In this document: one piece after another, positions 59,237 to 64,000 of the stretch
Layout: every line of letters starts with the position of its first letter
How positions within the stretch are numbered: the stretch's first letter is position 1
Assembly (NCBI GenBank): GCA_002633005.1
Contig: NMRA01000279.1
Span: 259,233 to 323,232 of the forward strand
Length of the DNA stretch: 64,000 bases
Direction of reading: 5' to 3'
Source: Phoronis australis
Taxonomy: Eukaryota; Animalia; Phoronida
Program-made: the position numbers and the translations under genes
The notes under the pieces: generated by a model
Seen by the model: only the letters and a program-made list of their open reading frames with translations
Databases searched by the model: none
Told to the model about the DNA's origin: nothing

Positions 59237-62200
59237 ATGGGGCAGCACAAACTGCTGCAGAAAAAGTTTTACGACTTGCTGTCTCATCGCTACGGCCTGC
59301 TCGTCATAATCATTGGCATCTTCCTCATCGTAGTGTCTGCGCTGCAGTTTGGTGAAACGTTCCTTGAATGGAGCTCAGACAAATACGAGGCCATGTTCAA
59401 TTCGTTCAGCGACAACGTTGGCGGAAGGTCCTATCAGGGTCATCTGTGCGGAACCATACCCATGGATGTTGTGTACACGTGGGTGAATGGGTCTGACCCG
59501 CGTATGTTGCGTGACCTCGATGCTTACCGTGACATGCTCAGTCTCAAATATTCATCTGAGGAGGAATCTTTTCATGACTGGTGTCATCGATGTCTTGCTT
59601 GGCCGCTGCTTGTGTTCAAGCCCGCAATTAATCCTAACTCATCTTTGTCAGTATTTACAAGCTCAAAGGACATACAGTTTCTAGAGGGAAACTTTACACT
59701 AGTCACCTATGCCACTTTAAATGACAGCATCAATGCTTTTAATGAAACAAAACAACTCATCGAAAGTGGCCAATTGAATATCACTGCTGTTTATCTAGGT
59801 TATTTGACTTCTGACCAAAGTCTAAGTAACACTGTGCTAGATCGTGTTATTGCCTTACGCGGTTTTCCCGATAGCTTTTCAATTGAAGATATTCGCAAGA
59901 ATGTTCCAGAAAACTATAAAATTCAGTCCGTCTCTCTACACAGTTCCGAAGGTTTAGCCATTGTTGAAGTTGAGGACAAAGCAAGCTACAACGGTTTGCT
60001 TAAGTCAAATTTTACCATCGAAGGAAAGAAGCCGTCATTTTCTGCCATGAGAGTTGTCTGGAAGTCCTCGCGATCTGATGATGTTTCAGACAGTAGGTAT
60101 CAAGACAACGAAGAGCTACGATATTCGCTGAGATCCATAGATCGGTTCGCTCCATGGGTACGTCAGGTATTCCTGGTCACCAATGGACAGATTCCATCAT
60201 GGCTCAATCTCGATAACTCGCGAATTAAAATTGTAACACACGAAGAGATATTCCCCAATAAAAGTCACCTACCCACTTTTAGTTCTCCAGCCATTGAGAG
60301 TCATCTCCATCGCATTCCTGGACTAAGCGACAAGTTTATTTACATGAATGATGACGTCATGTTTGGTAAGCCAGTGTGGCCTGATGATTTCCACACACCC
60401 TCTCATGGACAGAAGGTGTACTTGTCATGGCCTGTGCCGAACTGTAACGAAGGTTGTCCAAATTCTTGGATCAAAGATGGCTACTGCGACAAGCCGTGCA
60501 ACAATTCTGAGTGTGACTGGGACGCCGGGGACTGTGACCCTAGTAAAGCCAAAAGTTCACAGTCTGGGTTGTTCCCTGCAGCAGCAGTACATCCGGAACA
60601 GCTTTACTGTCACACTGGCTGTTCCAACAGTTGGCTTGCAGACAGGTACTGCGACCAGGCATGCAATGTGCACTCTTGTGCGTTTGATGCTGGTGACTGC
60701 GGAGTGAACAACTACCATCATTTTCATGAACTTGCCTTAAAAAAGAAAAATGGGACAGTGTATGAACTACGACAGGGAGAGTTAATCATTTATTTTAATT
60801 TTTCTAGTGTTTTCCGCAAAGTTACAGGTGCTAACTACGATCAGTCGCCTGTCATCCGCACCGCCGCTGTAGGAAATAAGTTTCATGTTTTGACCCTTCT
60901 TCTGTTTGAGAAGCACAATTCAACTGTATTGAATTTCACACTAACTGGCACGGGCAGGGACAACAGAACGCTAACAATTAAATTCCATGTTCGAGCGAAC
61001 ACGCATCCAGTGCAGGAGACTGCTCTGATCAAATCTAAATTGCTAACTTTCGGAAACCAAAATAATACAAAACTCAAAGTTGTTTCTACAATGGCACCGT
61101 TTGTGTTCAAAGAGGTGCCTGAAGAACTCCAGCGCCCCTGTATTCTTGCAACTAAGGAGATATTTGAAAGGAAATTGTTCCACGAACAAATTATACCAAC
61201 TCGTATGTCACTCACTAGCTTACCAGCAGCTGTGGCAGGGAATTTAACAAAGTTATTGCAGCAGTTGAATAATGGCGATCTTAGCGATAAAGGATTCCAA
61301 CGCGAGGCTTTCAACTTAATGTCAGATTTCGCCCTACAAAGTAAAACAGATCTGGGTAGCTTACTAGAAAGTTTAAAAGTTAAGGAAGTGCCAAAGATTG
61401 CTGTGAGTAATTCCTCTTTTGTAAGCAACTCGTCTCGTGTACACACTCGAAAGCTGCAATCATTCTTTGACAGCCTACAGCCTGTGAACTACAAAGCTGA
61501 GATGCCAGTTGAAAGTGTGTATTTGGGACGGAAGCTGTTAGACACGTTTGGAGATTCCCTGAGGCACGTGAACAGACTTTATAATAAGGAGTTTGGCTTC
61601 ACGTCGAGGAAAGTTCCCGGTCACATGCCTCATATGGTGGATAAACACATTTTTGCTGCCATGCAAAAAAGATTTTCAGACTACTGGGATGAGACATCTT
61701 CACATAAAATACGTAGTGGAAATGACATGCAGTTTGCGTTCTCGTATTTTTATTTTCTAATGAGCGAGCCGAGAAACATAACCCACGGGGAATTCTTCGA
61801 CGAAATGGACGTGGATAATTCGGGTCTGTTGTCAGATAGGGAAATAAGAACCATGGTAACCAGAATGTTTAATCTTCCAATTGATTTGGACACCCTCATG
61901 AGTATTGAGAGTAAATTTAAGAACTGCTCTGTAATCCAGCAGAGTGAAAGCGTACCGGAAGATTCAAGAGAATTTTATTACGATAAGTTAATGCCGCAAG
62001 TTACAAAATCGTTGTTTGTGAATTGCTCCGAAATCACAAAGCTTGTGGATTCCAGTCAGAAAGGAAGGAAAAAGTACAAATACGAAGAGATGGGGGAGGA
62101 TGAAATAGCGTTTAAAATGGTAAGGACAAACATGTCGTCCGTTGTCGGACAGTTGGATGATATTCGAAAGAGTCCGCGTAAATTTATCTGTCTTAACGAC

Positions 62201-62503
62201 AACATTGATCACAGGAGTGATCAAGCTCAGGTAGTGAAGAACGTTTTGCACGATTTCTACGAGTCGTTCTTCCCGACACCATCGCAGTTTGAACTTCTCC
62301 CAGAGTACAGAAATAGGTATTTATACGTGGATGAGTTGCGCCAATGGCAGGCGTATAGGGGCATGTTGAAACTTTGCTTGAATGTGATGTTGTGTTTGCT
62401 GGTGCTGTTCAGCTTGGCGTCGTACTTTGAGCGACACCTAGAGGGACTAAGACGGAAGGTGTTTGGGAGAAGGCGGCCCAGGCAGACAGCCATGACTGTG
62501 TGA
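59237..62503 (+). CDS. GNPTAB: N-acetylglucosamine-1-phosphotransferase subunits alpha/beta, single coding exon
   Basis: 1088-aa ORF in a good ATG context (GCCATCATGG). It contains an N-terminal TM; Stealth CR1 PMDVVYTWVNGSD; CR2 DNEELRYSLRSI..APWVRQVFLVTNGQIPSWL..FSSPAIESHLHRIPGLSDKFIYMNDD; two Notch/LNR repeats; a DMAP-like LNNGDLSDKGF; S1P-type sites TRKLQ and GRKLL/DTFGDSL; CR3 HMPH; an EF-hand DVDNSGLLSDRE; CR4 KFICLNDNID; and a C-terminal TM with a basic tail. Confidence 0.97.
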   Translation: MGQHKLLQKKFYDLLSHRYGLLVIIIGIFLIVVSALQFGETFLEWSSDKYEAMFNSFSDNVGGRSYQGHLCGTIPMDVVYTWVNGSDPRMLRDLDAYRDMLSLKYSSEEESFHDWCHRCLAWPLLVFKPAINPNSSLSVFTSSKDIQFLEGNFTLVTYATLNDSINAFNETKQLIESGQLNITAVYLGYLTSDQSLSNTVLDRVIALRGFPDSFSIEDIRKNVPENYKIQSVSLHSSEGLAIVEVEDKASYNGLLKSNFTIEGKKPSFSAMRVVWKSSRSDDVSDSRYQDNEELRYSLRSIDRFAPWVRQVFLVTNGQIPSWLNLDNSRIKIVTHEEIFPNKSHLPTFSSPAIESHLHRIPGLSDKFIYMNDDVMFGKPVWPDDFHTPSHGQKVYLSWPVPNCNEGCPNSWIKDGYCDKPCNNSECDWDAGDCDPSKAKSSQSGLFPAAAVHPEQLYCHTGCSNSWLADRYCDQACNVHSCAFDAGDCGVNNYHHFHELALKKKNGTVYELRQGELIIYFNFSSVFRKVTGANYDQSPVIRTAAVGNKFHVLTLLLFEKHNSTVLNFTLTGTGRDNRTLTIKFHVRANTHPVQETALIKSKLLTFGNQNNTKLKVVSTMAPFVFKEVPEELQRPCILATKEIFERKLFHEQIIPTRMSLTSLPAAVAGNLTKLLQQLNNGDLSDKGFQREAFNLMSDFALQSKTDLGSLLESLKVKEVPKIAVSNSSFVSNSSRVHTRKLQSFFDSLQPVNYKAEMPVESVYLGRKLLDTFGDSLRHVNRLYNKEFGFTSRKVPGHMPHMVDKHIFAAMQKRFSDYWDETSSHKIRSGNDMQFAFSYFYFLMSEPRNITHGEFFDEMDVDNSGLLSDREIRTMVTRMFNLPIDLDTLMSIESKFKNCSVIQQSESVPEDSREFYYDKLMPQVTKSLFVNCSEITKLVDSSQKGRKKYKYEEMGEDEIAFKMVRTNMSSVVGQLDDIRKSPRKFICLNDNIDHRSDQAQVVKNVLHDFYESFFPTPSQFELLPEYRNRYLYVDELRQWQAYRGMLKLCLNVMLCLLVLFSLASYFERHLEGLRRKVFGRRRPRQTAMTV

Positions 62504-64000
62504 CGGTGGGCAGCATTATGGAGAAATTACTTCAGGAGAACCCAGTAATTCATTGCTTCTACTGACGAGCTGCTGAACTTGCTTTTAAAATTAGACTAAG
62601 GTTTTCGGTGAATGTTTTGATGGGCTGTTCAAGCTCCATGCTGTCAGCTTTTTAAATCATGCTTTGGGGTAGAACTTTTTGTGTAGGGGCAGAACTCTCA
62701 GTTTTAGTTTTTGAATACAGCGAGGAAGTGTTCCTAATTACTGAATGATAAAACCATGAATGGTATGGAATGGGCTTGCACGATTTTTGCTTGTTTGAAG
62801 TTTGCGATTTCGGGGACTTAATAAGGACCGCGTTTGACTTTAACTGTAAAACCACATATGAGTCATAACACCTACCAAAGCAGGGTATAGGCTGGATATT
62901 TTCAACAAGCAAGCAACTAATTCAAATTTGGTACGAAATAGATCTCCTCACGGGGTATCTAATATGTTAGTGTATTAAGTGTTGCGGCCATGATTGTAAT
63001 ATGTTCTTGGTTTTGTCGTCGATCTCATCTTTAATTTTTTTTATTTATTTCACCAACTGTCGCTCTTCAGAGCGCTGTCATTTGATTTTTTTCCGTTTTT
63101 AAGTTTGTGTTTGCAGCTTTAATCACTTAATTGCCCAATTAAGACAGCCTGGATTTTTTAAAACTTACAATCCTCTGTACTACACAGTTTTTAGAGTGAG
63201 GAAATGAAAATAAGAGAAGTCCTTCACTAGTGACTGCATAGTAGTGTCGTTATGATTGACTACATTTAAAAATTATTTATTTTTTGTAAAGGTCTGTGGA
63301 ATTTTCTTATTACGATATCATTATAGATTGAAGCTTTTTGTCAGTCAGTGTTGTTAGTCTGCATAATGTTTGAATCTGGGTTTACCAGAAGAGATTTCTT
63401 TGTAATGCTATCAAGTTGTGTAGCCTTCTTTTTGTATATGGCTCTGAAAAAAGTGTAAATCAAGCAAACGTAATAATTAGTGCAATAATATGTACTGCCC
63501 TGAAACAGTCGGTACAGGTTTGATTATGGTGTACAACAAATTTGTAAGTATTGTGCGATCAAACCGCATTTTTAACGTTGATTACGAAAAATGTAATGTA
63601 GAAAATTTGAAGTTGTGCCAGAAAGCATTGTGTCTGGGTGCGTTTCAATAATGTGAGTTCATCAGTTGCTTCAACGTAGAGATTCATTTCAGTTTGAAGT
63701 GAGGGATTTTGGCTTGACCCAAATAGCACTGGGTAGGTTAGATGTGTTTTAGTTAGTGCAAACTGTAATGTAAAAGTTTCCAAAGGAATGTAGAGTCGAC
63801 CCCACCTGGTGACCAAGGCATCATGGGAAACTGGGAATTGACGGTTTTCAGGCATGGAAATGAAAACTCATGGAAAACTTCATTACGAAATAAATAGAAA
63901 ACTTCTCATGTAACAAATCATCTTCCCAGCGAACGCATTCAAGCTTGACATCTATCATTTGCCAAATTTCTCTACATCTTTTTGTGGGAAAAATCACCAA

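Noticed and set aside
60348-62493. Overlapping and antisense ORFs inside GNPTAB (e.g. 187 aa at 60883-61446)
   Set aside because: Expected shadow ORFs of a long coding exon, with no recognisable domains.
789-62503. A functional lysosome/autophagy gene cluster (OSBPL, NBR1, SPFH, GNPTAB)
   Set aside because: The thematic link is loose, RSU1 does not fit, and nothing in the sequence shows co-regulation. It would need synteny and expression data.

Overview
Intron-rich, AT-rich animal (probably invertebrate) genomic DNA from a draft scaffold, with N-gaps at 3940-4166 and 39132-39213 and single Ns at 8908, 15661, 24245 and 58559. I reconstructed five protein-coding genes by hand from GT-AG exons. 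(1) The 3' part of an OSBP-related ORP3/6/7-type gene (+, 789-6813). (2) The autophagy receptor NBR1 (-, 13241-31499; 18 exons, about 987 aa; PB1-ZZ-FW-LIR-UBA). (3) An uncharacterised single-pass SPFH/Band-7-like gene with a cysteine-rich insertion (+, 34354-45084; 12 exons, about 579 aa). (4) RSU1 (-, 49951-57875; 8 exons, 274 aa). (5) GNPTAB with an intron-free CDS (+, 59237-62503; 1088 aa). Three 1.3-2.4 kb tandem near-duplicates, each joined by a single N, are most likely unmerged haplotypes. Introns carry several MITE families, tRNA-derived SINEs and Penelope-like GIY-YIG remnants with decayed hammerhead-like tails. RSU1 intron 1 holds a young 900-bp element with long TIRs and a perfect 9-bp TSD, and several minisatellites sit exactly on splice sites. 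The most interesting items are the SPFH-like gene, the intronless GNPTAB, the long-TIR element and the splice-site-anchored repeats. No database searches were run; all homology calls come from recognised motifs.
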